Below are positions 31,822 to 44,893 of a stretch of 64,000 bases of DNA, in pieces; the stretch's first letter is position 1; each line of letters starts with the position of its first letter. Below the pieces are notes generated by a model. The model did no database searches, had not been told where the DNA came from, and saw only the letters and a program-made list of their open reading frames with translations. Made by a program: the position numbers and the translations under genes. The stretch comes from the human T2T-CHM13v2.0 reference genome, Homo sapiens. The DNA is taken from assembly GCF_009914755.1 (NCBI RefSeq), contig NC_060947.1; one strand, written 5' to 3'.

Positions 31822-32122
31822 TTTTTTCTTTTTTTTTTTTTGAGACAATGTCTCACTCTGTTGCCCGGGCTGGAGTGCAGTGGTGTGATCTTGGCTCACT
31901 GCAACCTTTGCCTCCAGGGTTCAAGCAAATCTCCTGACTAAGCCTCTTGAGTAGCTGGGATTACAGGCACCCGCCACCACACTCAGCTAATGTTTGTATT
32001 TTTAGTAGGGATGGGGTTTCACCATGTTGGCCAGGCTGGTCTCGAACTCCTGCCCTCAAATAATTCACCTGCCTAGGCCTCCCAAATTGCTGAGATTACA
32101 GGCATGAGCCAGCATGCCAGGA
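31822..32122 (-). mobile_element. AluS, antisense
   Basis: Full dimer; degenerate TSD tatatttcactgttttt / tatattgcactcttttt. Confidence 0.92.
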
Positions 32123-33739
32123 CTATATTGCACTCTTTTTATGTGCTTCTAATACTTCATTTCATTTATCTGTAGTTACTTTTGCAGTTTGGATATGAGA
32201 AAGGTGAAAGAACATGAAATAACCTCCTCCCTTTGATATCCTTATCTCCATACAGCCTACCAATTCAGGTTGAAGAACTACATGAGAAAAAGATGTTAGG
32301 AGGGATGTTTAGCTTTGGCTCAAAATGAAATAGAAACATGAGAGCAAGCTGTAAGCATTTAAAATAATTTGTATGAGCTGGCTCCCAGCACATGCAGGCT
32401 CTTCATCCCTATGCATAAAAACTGAATTATCAATATCTAATAATAGATGCTGATTCATGGACACATTTCATCTTAGTCATATATAAATAAGCCCTGGGTG
32501 AGACAACTATTTCCATGAGAATTGGAACTTTCTCTCATCTAAATTTCTGAACTTTCTACCATTTGTCTTCATATTCATTTCTTGATTTGACTCGGTTTAT
32601 AAATGTGATATTTCACACTCAAATTGAACTTAGTGGCCAAAGACAGAGACCTGGCATGAATCAGTTTTAAGAACAAGAAAGAGAGGGGGAGAGAGAGAGA
32701 GATAAAAGAAGAAAGGAATGGGGAAAAAAGGAAGGGAAGAAGAAAAGAAAGTCACAAAGTCACTTGAACAAGTAAGTCATAAAGTTGTAGAAAGAAACCA
32801 ATTTACCAGAGCTCCCCACACAGTAACTTTAAGCACAAGCTCAAAGTTGCCCTGAACCAGCAAAATGGTAGTAATTATTCTAATGAGAACTCAGATTGTT
32901 TTCAGTGTTCCAGGACTGGGTTCTGCCCTGTTTCTGTTTCCTCTCTGGCCCTGAATCTGTTGCTAATAGACATGCTGGCAACTGGATTTGCTGATAATTA
33001 TGAAACAAAGTGCTGCTACTGTAGAGGAAAGAGCACTAGCCTGGGAGCTAAAAGACCCAAGATTTAGTCTACGCTCTTGCGCTCATTTCCTGGAATGTGA
33101 CACAAATTATTAGTCCTTTCTGGACCTCCATTTCCTTTTCTGCCAAATAAGGGACTTTCTATTTCTGCCATGCAGTGGCTTAAAAACAGAATATCATACT
33201 TTCTTATCAAACTCCAGGCACTCTGATGCAAGTGTGTGGGGTGAGAAAACAGTAAGGTACGGAAGTCTTGGGGTAGAGGAGTGAGGGCTACAGAAGGTTC
33301 AGATTTCAAAGAAGCAAAGATTAAAGAATGATAGATTTTAAACCTGCTAACACTGCAACCAGGCCCTCTTATTCATCCTCTGCTTATCTGGATCCATGTA
33401 GACCATAAGAAGCAGTACCCTGGCGGGGGGAGAGCTAAGGAGGAATGAACAGGCAACAGAACAAAGTTCATTCAAACTGAGAAGTAAGAAATGCCTGCCC
33501 TCTCCCTCTTCTCTTGCTAGAAAGTTCTATTGAAACTGGCTTCAAAACACTAATAAAAAAGGTAGGTTGCAAATCAATCTGCACATTACAATTTCTTTTT
33601 TTATGTAAGTAATGGGAAGAAAACACCCCAAAATTATAATAGTGGTTACCTCAGAGCAAAAATAATTTGTGTGCTTTTATAAAGTTTCCAATTTTTTTCA
33701 CAATAACCCCCTTATGAACTCCTCACTCCACTCTTGATC

Positions 33740-34340
33740 CCCAAATCCAATTCATCATAGAGATCCTAGAATATCTTTTTCTAAAAGTATGTATCAGGTC
33801 ATGTGAATCTCTTGCTTAGAAGCCACCAGTTGATTCCTATCACACTTATAACACAAGCCAAACTCTTTACTGCAGACAAGACTCTCCATGATTATTTGCC
33901 ATAAGACTACCTCTAGGAACTTATTCCCTATCACCCTTTCTTCAGCTATTCTTTAAATTCCTGAAGCCCACTCCCACCTTAAAGCCCTTCTACTTACTCT
34001 TCTGCTTCCTGGTATGTTCTTCCTACAAGTTTTCACATGATTAATTTATTGTTATTCTCATTCTCAATTTCAAAGTGACATAAGCAAAGAGGTTTTCCTT
34101 GATTCCCTTGTTTACATTAGTCCCTCACAGAAACCTGTACTGTTCCTACATACCATTTGAATAATTTGTCATTGCAATCAAACAACATACTTTTTTTGTT
34201 TTGCTATTTCACACTGATCTGCAAGCTCCTTGAGGATAGGGACCATGTCCCTCTTGCTCACCACTTAGCACTGGAGAGTGTTTAACACCATTCATGAAAC
34301 ATATTAGGTGCTCAATGTTAGTTGAATGAATGATTCAATC
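33740..34340 (+). mobile_element. L2 3' portion
   Basis: Ends in taggtgctcaatgttagttgaatgaatga, the typical L2 tail. Confidence 0.65.
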
Positions 34341-34874
34341 AGTCAACATATATTACATTTGTAAGAAAGAAGAAAAGACAGAGGGCACATTTATGGTGAT
34401 AATTCCACCTCAATAGTATGTCCTTGGTGGTGTGTGTCCCCAATATAAATGACCATTTCCAAAAAGAAACTGGTTCTAGAAAACACACTTTATTCCTTAA
34501 CAGTGTGAGTGTTATATTTTTGTGCATACCCAGTGTCTAGGTCCTCTGAAAACTTGCTGATGAATTCATAAATACTAAACACCTATTCTGCCTCATAGGT
34601 CAGCCCCTTACCCAGGAATAATGTTCTAAGCTTTCATTAGAAAGCAGAAACTTCCTTCACTTTCTAACAAAATGAATAAATTAGCTAGGAAGGACTTAGT
34701 TAAGAACATTTTGGTCTAGCCTCATCTATTATTTTATGTTATGATAAATGGCAAAGAGGTTGCAATGCCAGTAAGTTGGTTTCAGAAGAACTACAACATC
34801 ATACTATTTACTTTCACTTTACACTCAAAGCCACACTTGAAAGAAAATTAATTATTTGAATTCGATGATAAAGG

Positions 34875-35275
34875 GCATGGAATCAACTTAAGTGCCTATC
34901 AATGATAGGCTGGATAAGGAAAATGTGGTACATATACACCATTGAATACTATGCACCCATAAAAAAGAATGAGATCATGTCCTTTGCAGTGACCTGGATG
35001 GAGCTGGAGTCCATCATCCTTAGCACACTAATGCAGGAACAGAAAACCAAATACGACATGTTCTCACTTATAAGTGAGAGCTAAATGATGACAAGACATG
35101 GACACATAGAGGGGAACAACACACAATAGGGTCTGTCAGGAAAAAATAACTAATGGGTACTAGGCTTAATACTTGGGTGATGAAATAATCTGTACAACAA
35201 ACCCCATGACACAAGTTTACCTATTTAACAAACCTGCACATGTATCCGTGAACTTAAAATAAATGCTTAAAAAAT
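34875..35275 (+). mobile_element. L1PA13-16-like 3' end
   Basis: ORF 34902..35084 (WIRKMWYIYTIEYY) plus characteristic 3' UTR. Confidence 0.85.
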
Positions 35276-35489
35276 GTCTCTTATGAAAGCGTCTCTCTGA
35301 TGGACAATGTAATCATTAATATTTACACACTTAAATGGTGGGAAATATATATTTGATAGGTCTGGAGCCAACAAGAGTAAGATTCACAATCAGCTGCCAC
35401 TATGGAAAACATGGATATCGTGACCCATAAGAGCTACAGCTTAATCTGATTCCTGCAAATGACACTTGCCTCTATTAAGGACAAGGCGA

Positions 35490-35883
35490 CATACAAATGG
35501 CCAACAAGCATATGAAAAAGTGCTCAACATCACTAATCATCAGAGAAATGCTAATTAAAACCATAATGAGATATCCTCTTACATGAGTCAGAAGGGCTAT
35601 CATTAAAAAGACAAAAAGAAAACCAGATGTTGGCAAAGATGTCAAGAAAAAGGCAACTCTCATACACTGCTGATGGGAATGTAAATTAGTACAACCTTCA
35701 TGAAAACAGTGTCAAGTTTTCTCAAAGAATTAACAATAGAAATTCCGTTTAATCCAGCAATCCCTCTACTGGGTATCCACCCAAAGGAAAAGAAATGCTA
35801 AAATGACGTCTGCACTCATGTTTATCACAGCACTATTCACAATAGCAAAGATATAGGACCAACCCATGATTGGATAAAATATG

Positions 35884-35924
<41 letters not shown>

Positions 35925-36280
35925 AATACTATTCAGCCTTAAAAAAGAATGATTTCATGTTTTTTTGCAACAACGTGGATGAAAATGGAGGCCATCACCT
36001 TAAGTGAAACAACTCAGACACAGAAAAATACAACATGTTTTCACTTATAAGTGGAAGCTACACAATGTGTACACATGGACATAGAGTGTGGAATAATAGA
36101 AAATGAAGACTCAGAAGGGTGGGACAGAGACGGATGATGAGAAATTACTTAATGGATTCAATGTACATTATCTGGCTGGTGGATACCCTAAAAGACCAGA
36201 CTTCACCACTATGCAATCTATTTATGAAACAAAATCACACTTGTACCCTATAAATGTATACAAAAAATTTTCTTAAAAAA
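35490..36280 (+). mobile_element. L1PB/L1MA 3' end with internal (CA)n
   Basis: ORF2 C-terminal sequence and 3' UTR. Confidence 0.8.
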
Positions 36281-37037
36281 GAACAGAAGCAATTCCTTTT
36301 TTTGGAGGCTTTCCAAACAAGAAAGGCTTTTCCAAAAAGGAAAGGCAGGGTTTGTCAGCAAAAATACTCTAGTAGGTAATGTTTTTCTTTCACAGCACCC
36401 TCCTCTGTTCTTGTAATTGAGGGACTTCCATTTTAATTTAGGTCAGCACTCTCCGAGTTATAGAGAGGTTGTCATTTGAGGAATTAATTATAGGGCAGGG
36501 TAGATAGGGAGGGTTGCTGGGAAACTGTCTCTCATGTTCCTAAGTTTCCTGTTATTAATCTAAATTAATTTATTACTTAATGTGGTGATGAGCACTCTGG
36601 TAGTTACCTTTAAAGTTTAATCTTGCTTTATACTCACAATAGATTTCAAGATAAAGAACTGGAGTTCAGGGACAGTAAGTGACATGCCTACTGTCACACA
36701 GAAAATAATCGGTAAAGCTAGAGTATAAAATTAAGCTTGTTAACATTAGATGCTGTGGTACCATGAAAATTACTCTGCTAAAGAGGCTTCCAGTGGCCCT
36801 AATATAAGCAGACATTGGGAGCTCCATTTGAGTATTACTCTGGTGCATTGTTGTCCTTAAATAAAGAATGAATATAGACACCTGTTGCACATAGGAAGTA
36901 AAAGAGGTAAGTATGGACCCTTCTCTCCCTGTCTTCAGAAGAAAAAAAAAAGAAAAGATATGCTGTTTTTTAAATATCAACATGTATAACAAATTGGTCC
37001 CTTGGACAATACTCATTATAGCATTTCTTTTACATTT

Positions 37038-38063
37038 TGTAATTGTTAATTCTCTGTGTCCACTTGACTGGGCCAAGGGTTGCCCAGATTCAACATTATT
37101 TTGAGGTGTGTCTGTGAGGGTGCTTCTGAGTGCCATTAGTATTTGAACCAATGGACTCAGCAAAGTAGATTGCCCTCCCCAGAATATATATTGGTGGGGA
37201 GCATCCAATCCATTGAAGGCCTGAATAGTATGAAAGATGAAGGAAGGAGGAATTAACCCCTTTTGCTTCCTGCCTGCCTGCTTGAAGTGTGACATCATTC
37301 TTCTCCTGCTCTTGGACTGAAAGTTAAACCATCAGCTCTCTTGGATCTCAGGGCTTAGGACTTGGATTGAATCACGCCACTTGCTTTCTTGGGTCTCCAG
37401 CTTGTAGATGGCAGATTATGAGTCTTCTCAGTCTCATTGTGTGAGCCGTTACCTCATAATAAATTTCTTCCTATGTAAATCTCTTCCTATTGAGGTAGGA
37501 GGCAGGACTTTGGTCCAGAGGTGGGACTCAGACACTGGACCAAATTGAGGACTAGCTAAAACAGGAACAAGGCAGAAGCAGCTTTCCATAAGATATGCCC
37601 ACCAGTGCTCCATGTTAGTTTATTATTGCTATGGCAACACCTGGGAGTTACTGTGATGGCAACACTCAGGAGTCACTGCACCTTTCCATGGCAATGACTC
37701 AATAACCCAAAAGTTTCTACCCGTTCTTAGACATTTCTGCATTAATCACACCTTAATCTACATGTACTTTAAAGTGGCCATAAGTATAAATGCAAAACTT
37801 CCCTGAGCTGTTACTATCAACACACTGCCTGTGGGGTAGCCCTGCTCTGTAGAAGTCACAGAGCAGTAACACTGCTGGAACTGTACCACCACCAGAGATG
37901 TAACACTGCTGCATCAGTAAAGTTGTTTTCTTCTACCTCTCTCTTGTCCCTGAATTCTTTCCTGAGCAAAGCCAAGAATCCTTGAGAGCTAAGCCCTACT
38001 TTGGGGCTACCCTGCCCTGCATCACTATTGGTTCTGCTCCTCTGGAGAACTCTGACTAATACA
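37038..38063 (+). mobile_element. MLT2 (ERVL) solo LTR interrupted by an ERV1 LTR
   Basis: tgt...gactaataca termini; 5-bp TSD cattt/cattc. Confidence 0.8.
37491..38024 (+). mobile_element. MER41-family (ERV1) solo LTR
   Basis: TG...CA termini, 4-bp TSD ctat, ggaccaaattgaggactagctaaaacagg motif. Confidence 0.7.
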
Positions 38064-38519
38064 CATTCTATGACCAGCTTTCATGTAAAATGCATACTAC
38101 AACTCCCTCTATGTTTGCCAGAAAAGTTCATTTGTTGACTAGTACAGAAGCAGGCTTTATGTTCATAGTGTTTGAATCACAATATGAATTCCACAGTGCC
38201 ATGGAGCACAAGTTTTAACATATTATTTTGTTTTTAAATTCCCCTGTAGTAATGTTAGTTTTGATATAACACCTGCCCATATGAAAGAAATTCCTGAATG
38301 GGGGTGATTTACAATTAATTGTAGGTCAGCATTACATCACCTATGAGTGTCATCTAAAGATTCATTTTTCTTACCTCTGTTAGTCAAAGTGGTTCTTAAC
38401 TCTGGCTGTGCATTTAGAATTGCATGGTGAAATGATTTTTAAAAAAATGAGGCTTAGAATTCCCCACCCAGGCATTTGATTTAAATTGCCTTGGGTATAG
38501 CCCGAGAATACATTTCTCT

Positions 38520-41500
38520 TTAATTGATGCAAAAATTAAATGATATAAAACTAATCATTGTAATATGTGCAATTCAGTGGCATTTAGTGTATTTATAATG
38601 TTGTACACCCATCACCTCTATTTCCAAAATATTTTCATTACCACAAATGAAAACCCAATCATTAAGCAGTCACTCTGCATTCCTTCCTCTCCACAATCCT
38701 AGCAACCACCAATTTGCTTTGTCTGTATGGATTTACCTATTCTGGATATTTTATATAAATGGAATTAAACAATATGTGACCTTTGGTGTCTGGATGCATT
38801 TATTCAGCATAATGTTTTTGATATGCATCTATGTTGTAGCATTTATCATCCCTTCATTACATTTTATGTTCAAATGATATTTTATTGTATGGATATGCCA
38901 CAATTATTTTACCTATTCATCAGTTGACAGACGTTTGGATTGTGAATGTGTAGTTATGGACATTTATGTTGTTTGAGAACACCTGTTTCCCATTTTTAGG
39001 ATATATATCTAAAATTGTAATTGCTGGGTCATATAGAATTCTATGTTAAACTTTTGAGGAACAGCAAGATTATTTTTCAAAGTGGTTGCACCATTTTACA
39101 TTCCTACCAGCAATCTATGAGGGTCTCAAGTTCTCCACATTCTACACAACACTTGCTATTTTCCTTTCTAAAAAAAATATAGTCATCCCAGTGGATGTAA
39201 AGTGATTTCTCATTGTGGTTTTAGTTTGCATTTCTTTGATGGCTAATGACTCTGAACACCATTTTGTGTGTTTAGTGACCATTTATGTCTTCTTTTGTGA
39301 GGTGTCTATTCAGACGTTTTGACCATTTTTTAACTGGGTTGTTTCTTTATTATTGAATTGTAAAAGTGCTTTATATATTCTAGATAAAATCCCTTATCAG
39401 ATATAATCTACAACCTCTTTATCCCATTCTGTAGATGTTTTTCACTTTCTTGATAGTGCTATTTGATTCACTTAATTTTGATTAAGTCCAATTTATCTAT
39501 TTTAATTTTATTTTGTGTGTTTTGGGCATCATATAAAGAATCCATTGCTAAATCCAAGTTCATGGAGGTTTATCTTATGTTTTCTTCCAGTAGAACTTAA
39601 TTCTTATATTTAGGTCTTTGATCAATTTCAAGCTAAATTTTGTATATTGTAAATTTTGTATACCTTTTGTATATTTTGTGTGCCACTACCACACTGTTTT
39701 GATTACTGTAGAGTTGTAGTCAGTTTGAACTGTAAGTTCTCCAAATTTGTTCTTCTTCCTTCAGATTGTGTTGGCTATTTGTAGATCTATGCAATTCCAT
39801 ATGAATTTTAAAATCACATTTTCTATTTCTGTGAAAAATATTTAGTATTTTGATTAGGATTGCAATGAATCAGTAGATTGCTTTGGAGAGTATTGCCATC
39901 TTAACAATATTAATTCTTCCAATTCGTGAACATGGGATGCCTTTTCCAAAGTGGCTGCACAATTTTACATCCCTAACAGCAATCTATGAGGGTTTTAATT
40001 TTCTCCAAATCCTACTCAACACTTGTTATTTTAGGTCTTCTTTAATTTATTCTAGCAGTGTTTTCTAGTTTTCAATGTACAAGCCTTGCAGATCATTGGT
40101 TGAGTTTATTACTAGGTATTTTTAATGATAATGTAAGTGGTATTTTTTATTTCATTTTTAGATTGTTCATTGCTATTGTGTAGAATTGCAACTGATTTTG
40201 TCACGTTGATCTTGTATCCTGAAACATTGCTTGTTTGTTGCTCTAATCAGTTTCCTTGTGGATTCTTCAAGGTTTTTCTTATGTAAGATCAAGTCATCAG
40301 AGAATAAATAAAATTTTACTTAATCCTTTCTAATATGGATGTATTTTATTTATTTTCTTGCCTAATTTCTCTCACTAGAACCTCAAATACAATGCTGAAC
40401 AGAAATGGTGAAAGCAGGCATACTTACCTTGTGTCAGATCTTTCACTTTTTAACTATTAATATAATGTTAGCTGGTTTTTTTTTTTGTTTTTTTTTTTTG
40501 AGACAGAGTCTCGCTCTGTCACCCATGCTGGAGTGCAGTGGTGCGATCTAGGCAGGCTCACTGCAAGCTCTGCCTCCCCAGGTTCACGCCATTCTCCTGC
40601 CTCAGCCTCCTGTGTATCTGGGACTACAGGCGCCCGCCACCATGCCCAGCTAATTTTTTTGTATTTTTAGTAGAGACGGGGTTTCACTGTGTTAGCCAGG
40701 ATGGTCTCGATCTCCTGACCTCGTGACCCGCCGGCCTCGGCTTCCCAAAGTGCTGGGATTACAAGCGTGAGCCACCGCACCTGGCCTGGGCTTTTTTTTG
40801 TTTGTTTGTTTGTTTTATAAACACCCTTTTCCATGTTGAGGAACTACCATTCTAGTGCTAATTTGTTGAGTGTTTTTATCATGAAAGAGTGTTGGGTTTT
40901 CCCAAATGCTTTTTCTCACTCTATTGTGATCATGCTTTGTTTTCCCCTTCATTCTGTTAATGTGGTGTATCACATCAATTGATTTTCATATGTTGAACAA
41001 ATCTTGCATTCCTGGAATAAATTTGACTGGTCAGGACATATAATTATTTGAAAATATTAGTAGATTCAATTCATTAGAATTTGGTTGAAGATTTTTGCAT
41101 TTATTGCAAAGGAACCAAAGGATATTTGTCTATAATTTTGTTGTGATTTCTGTATCTGGTTTTTTTAATCCACATAATGATGACCTCATAGAATGAGTTA
41201 GGAAGTGTTTTTTGTACTTTTATTTTTTGGAAGGGGTTGAGAAGCATTGGTGTTCATTAAAAACTTGTTAGAATTCACAAGTAAAGCTATCTGGTCTTGT
41301 TTCTTTTTTTCCTTCCTTCTCCTTTCCGTCTCCTTGCCTTCTCCTTTCCTTCTTTTTTTCCTTTTCCTTTCCTTCTCCTTCTCTTCTCCTTCCCTTCCCT
41401 TTCCTTTCTCCTTTCCTTTCCTTTCCTTTCCTTTTTTCCAGAATTTTTGATTAATGATTTTATTTCTTTACTTTTTATAGGTCTGTTATGTTCTATTTCT

Positions 41501-41780
41501 TCTTGAGTTAGTTTTGATAGTTTGTGTGTTTCTAAACATTTGTTTTATCTATGTCATCAAATTAATTGGTGTACAAGTGCTCATAGTATAGTATTTTCTT
41601 AAAATCTTTTTTTCTCTAAAAATTGTATTTCTGTGATTATTTCTTCTAGTGTGACTATTTGACTGCCTTCTTATTTTTGCCTTGCATTGTATTTTTTTTA
41701 TTTTTGTTTTATTCTGATTTTTGTAGTACTTACCCTGGGGATTATAAATAACATTTTAATCTTGTAACACTGAATTTTAA
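38520..41780 (-). mobile_element. Old L1MB/L1MA, antisense, with deletions, an Alu and a polypyrimidine tract (41295-41440)
   Basis: Antisense L1 3' UTR followed by ORF2 sequence. Confidence 0.8.
40476..40786 (-). mobile_element. AluY, antisense
   Basis: AluY diagnostics (ggttcacgccattc, ttagccaggatggtctcgatc). Confidence 0.93.
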
Positions 41781-42589
41781 AGTAATACTAGCTTGGTTTC
41801 AATAGTATAGGAGAGACTTATCTTTGACATAATCAGAAAAATATGAAAGAAAATTGAGAAGGATATACTTTCCTGACTTCGTGATTCAATTTACTTTTTT
41901 CTGAGGTTATGTCACACCTATTTTACATTTTTGATAATACTTATATAATTTCTTCTATAACTTGTGTCTAGCACCAGTGTAGCATCTCTGTCTTATGAAA
42001 CAGTGCCAATTGAGAGGATAATTCCTTTTGTTCCCTGGGACCAAAGTACGCTACAGTTGGGGGTGGGGAGTACTGTCTCTCACTGTTACCACGAAATCAT
42101 GAACAGGATTATGCAAGTCCCATCCTACCTACAGTTTAAGTGTCAGGCTCAGTATGTTGTCTATAATAAAGCACTTAAGTTATAAGACAGTAAGTAATAT
42201 TATAAACAACTAATGAGATGTAATGAAAATAAGCACTATTGATAGTACCAGCTTGCAAGGGAGCTTATTTTTGTTAAATTATGGCTTGATTGGTTCATTT
42301 TTCTGTTAGGAATTTTATCTGGAAAATAATTGTTTGTATCTCTGAACATATGTAATCAAGAATACTCCTAAGATTTATTTGAGTTTTTCATTTTCAATGT
42401 TTTAAAGGGTATCCAGATGCAAAGGCTTCAAAATTAATGCATCACTGTAAATTTTCTTCTCAATACATTCCATTAATAAAAGGACAAGAGCTTTCATTTA
42501 TGAATTGTCTAATATATTCCAGACACTTTTCACACATCATTTAATTCACTTCCATAATACTTTTGAATGAAGGGTAGAAAAATGGTTGA

Positions 42590-43262
42590 GCCGGCAAGGC
42601 TATAGAGAAATAGGAATACTTTTACACTGTTGGTAATAGTATAAATTAGTTCAACCATTGTGGAAGACAGTGTGGCGATTCTTCAAGGATCTAGAACCAG
42701 AAATACCATTTGACCCAGCAATCCCATTACTGGGTATATACCCAAAGGATTATAAATAATTCTGCTATAAGGATACATGCACACATATGTTTATTGCTGC
42801 ACTATTTACAATAGCAGAGACTTGGAACCAACCCAAATGCCCATCAATGATAGATGGAATAAAGAAAATGTGGCATATATACACCATGGAATAATATGCA
42901 GCCATAAAAAATAATGAGTTCATGTCCTATCAGGGACATGGACGAAGCTGGAAGCCATCATTCTCAGCAAACTAACACAGGAACAAAACCAAACACAGCA
43001 TGTTCTTACTCCTAAGCTGGAGGTGAACAATGAGAACGCATAAACACAGGGAGGGGAACATCACATACCAGGGCCTGTCAGGGGGTTAGGGGTAAGTGGA
43101 GGGAGCGCAATAGGACAAATACCTAATGCATGCGGGGCTTAAAACCTAGATGACGGGTTAATAGGTGCAGCAAACCACCATGGCACATGTATACATATGT
43201 AACAAACCTGCACATTCTGCACATGTATCCCAGAACTTAAAGTAAAATTAAAAAAAAAAAAA
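42590..43262 (+). mobile_element. 5'-truncated L1PA (L1PA7/8-like) 3' end
   Basis: ORF2 end, 3' UTR and poly-A. Confidence 0.92.
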
Positions 43263-44841
43263 GCGTCCACTACACATGCTTTTTGGGTTGGAGGGACATG
43301 GTAGAAAAAAGCCAAGCTAAATAAACTATGAAGTGTTCAAAAAAAAAATCTATAATTCCTTATTGAGTCTATTCCCTCCACATATAGGAATCTATCCTCT
43401 GGATCTGACTTTTGTTGTATTTTGAGCTTAGAATTAGTCATATGATTAAAGATTAATTGTGTTTTCTTCTAGTTTATTAATTTTTTGTGTGGTAAAATAC
43501 ACATAACAAAATTTACCATCTTACACATTTTTAAGTGTACAATTTAGTGGTATTAAATGCATTCATAATAGTGTGTAACCATTAAAAAATTGTTGAATAG
43601 GTAATAATATTCCAATTCTGGGATTCAATTTTTTAAAAACTATAAGGTGGTTGGTATTATTATCATCCCACTTCTACTTATGGCAAGAGTGGCACTCCAT
43701 GTCTATACTCTTTCCCTATAAAATATAGCTTGCCTGGGTTCTGGAACCAGACACATGTGGGCCCAAATTTTAGCTTCACTACTTTATGCTAGGATTTCCT
43801 GGCCAATTAACTAATCTAAATTTAAATTTATTCCATTGTGAAATACTTCCTCAAAAAAGTCATTTTAGTTTGAAATGAAGTTGTGTACCTATACAGTAAT
43901 AGGTGGGCAATAAATGTCAGTGGCATTCCTCCTTGCCTCTGCTACTTCTAGGCAACTTTTCAGTGCAGTTAAAGCAGCTCAAATTCCATTCACATGATTT
44001 TGAGATGTGTCTTGGTCTGAGTTTCATTATTTGAATGCCCAGATGTTAGATGCTTAACGATAGAGCCCCACAATTGAGTACTTATTATATTCTCTCTGAA
44101 ATGTTTCTGACTGGGAGTCGTGTCTCACTAGCTTGAAAACTACTAGAGAGCAGGACTCTTGTTTTGTGCTTCTGTTAATTTTACCTGGAGCTTGAATGCA
44201 GGGTTGTGAGTATAGCATAAATTTTAAGGGCAAGGGGGCTGTTGCCATCTTTATTGACTTTGTGATCTTACGCAAATAACGTAACATTGCTGAGTCTGTT
44301 TTCTTGTTTTAAAAAAGAGGATGATAACATAATATCCACCTTACAGATAGAATGACATGCATATGAAGTATCAAGCATAGTGACCAACACATAGAAAGTA
44401 AATGTTCAAAAAGTAGAGCTATTATTGGTATTAACATAAATTTCAGTTATTGATAAAAACATACTTGATTAATCTAATAATACTCTAAGATATTTAGAAT
44501 AGCCCTATGAATGTTTTCAGGCAGAGATTTCCTTCTGGCACTAAGATCAGTGTAATCATTAAATAATTATTGCCATTCCACTTTTGTTAGTGCAATTGTT
44601 AGATAGCCACTTCCTGAATAGTGGCAAGCACAGAAATGTTTACTTTCGCATTATTCCTAGGCTCTTGTCTTCAGGATGGCCTGTGTTATTCAGTCCTCAT
44701 AATTAAGTTAGTGGCAACATATGGAAGAAGTTTTGAATCAATTATTTTACTTGTTTCACATTACAAAATAATTACTCAGCTAAGCAGTGAACTTTGGTTA
44801 CTATTAACAAACCGCTGCAAAAACAGGATATAACATCACTT

Positions 44842-44893
44842 CCCTAGGTTTAAAGCAAAAATCCCCTACCCTAGGTTTAAAGCAAAAATCCCC
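44842..44893. repeat. 27-bp-period tandem duplication
   Basis: ccctaggtttaaagcaaaaatcccc occurs twice. Confidence 0.9.

Noticed and set aside
36666-37298. 210-aa minus-strand ORF
   Set aside because: Runs antisense through an MLT2 LTR into AT-rich DNA with no recognisable domain; likely a chance ORF.
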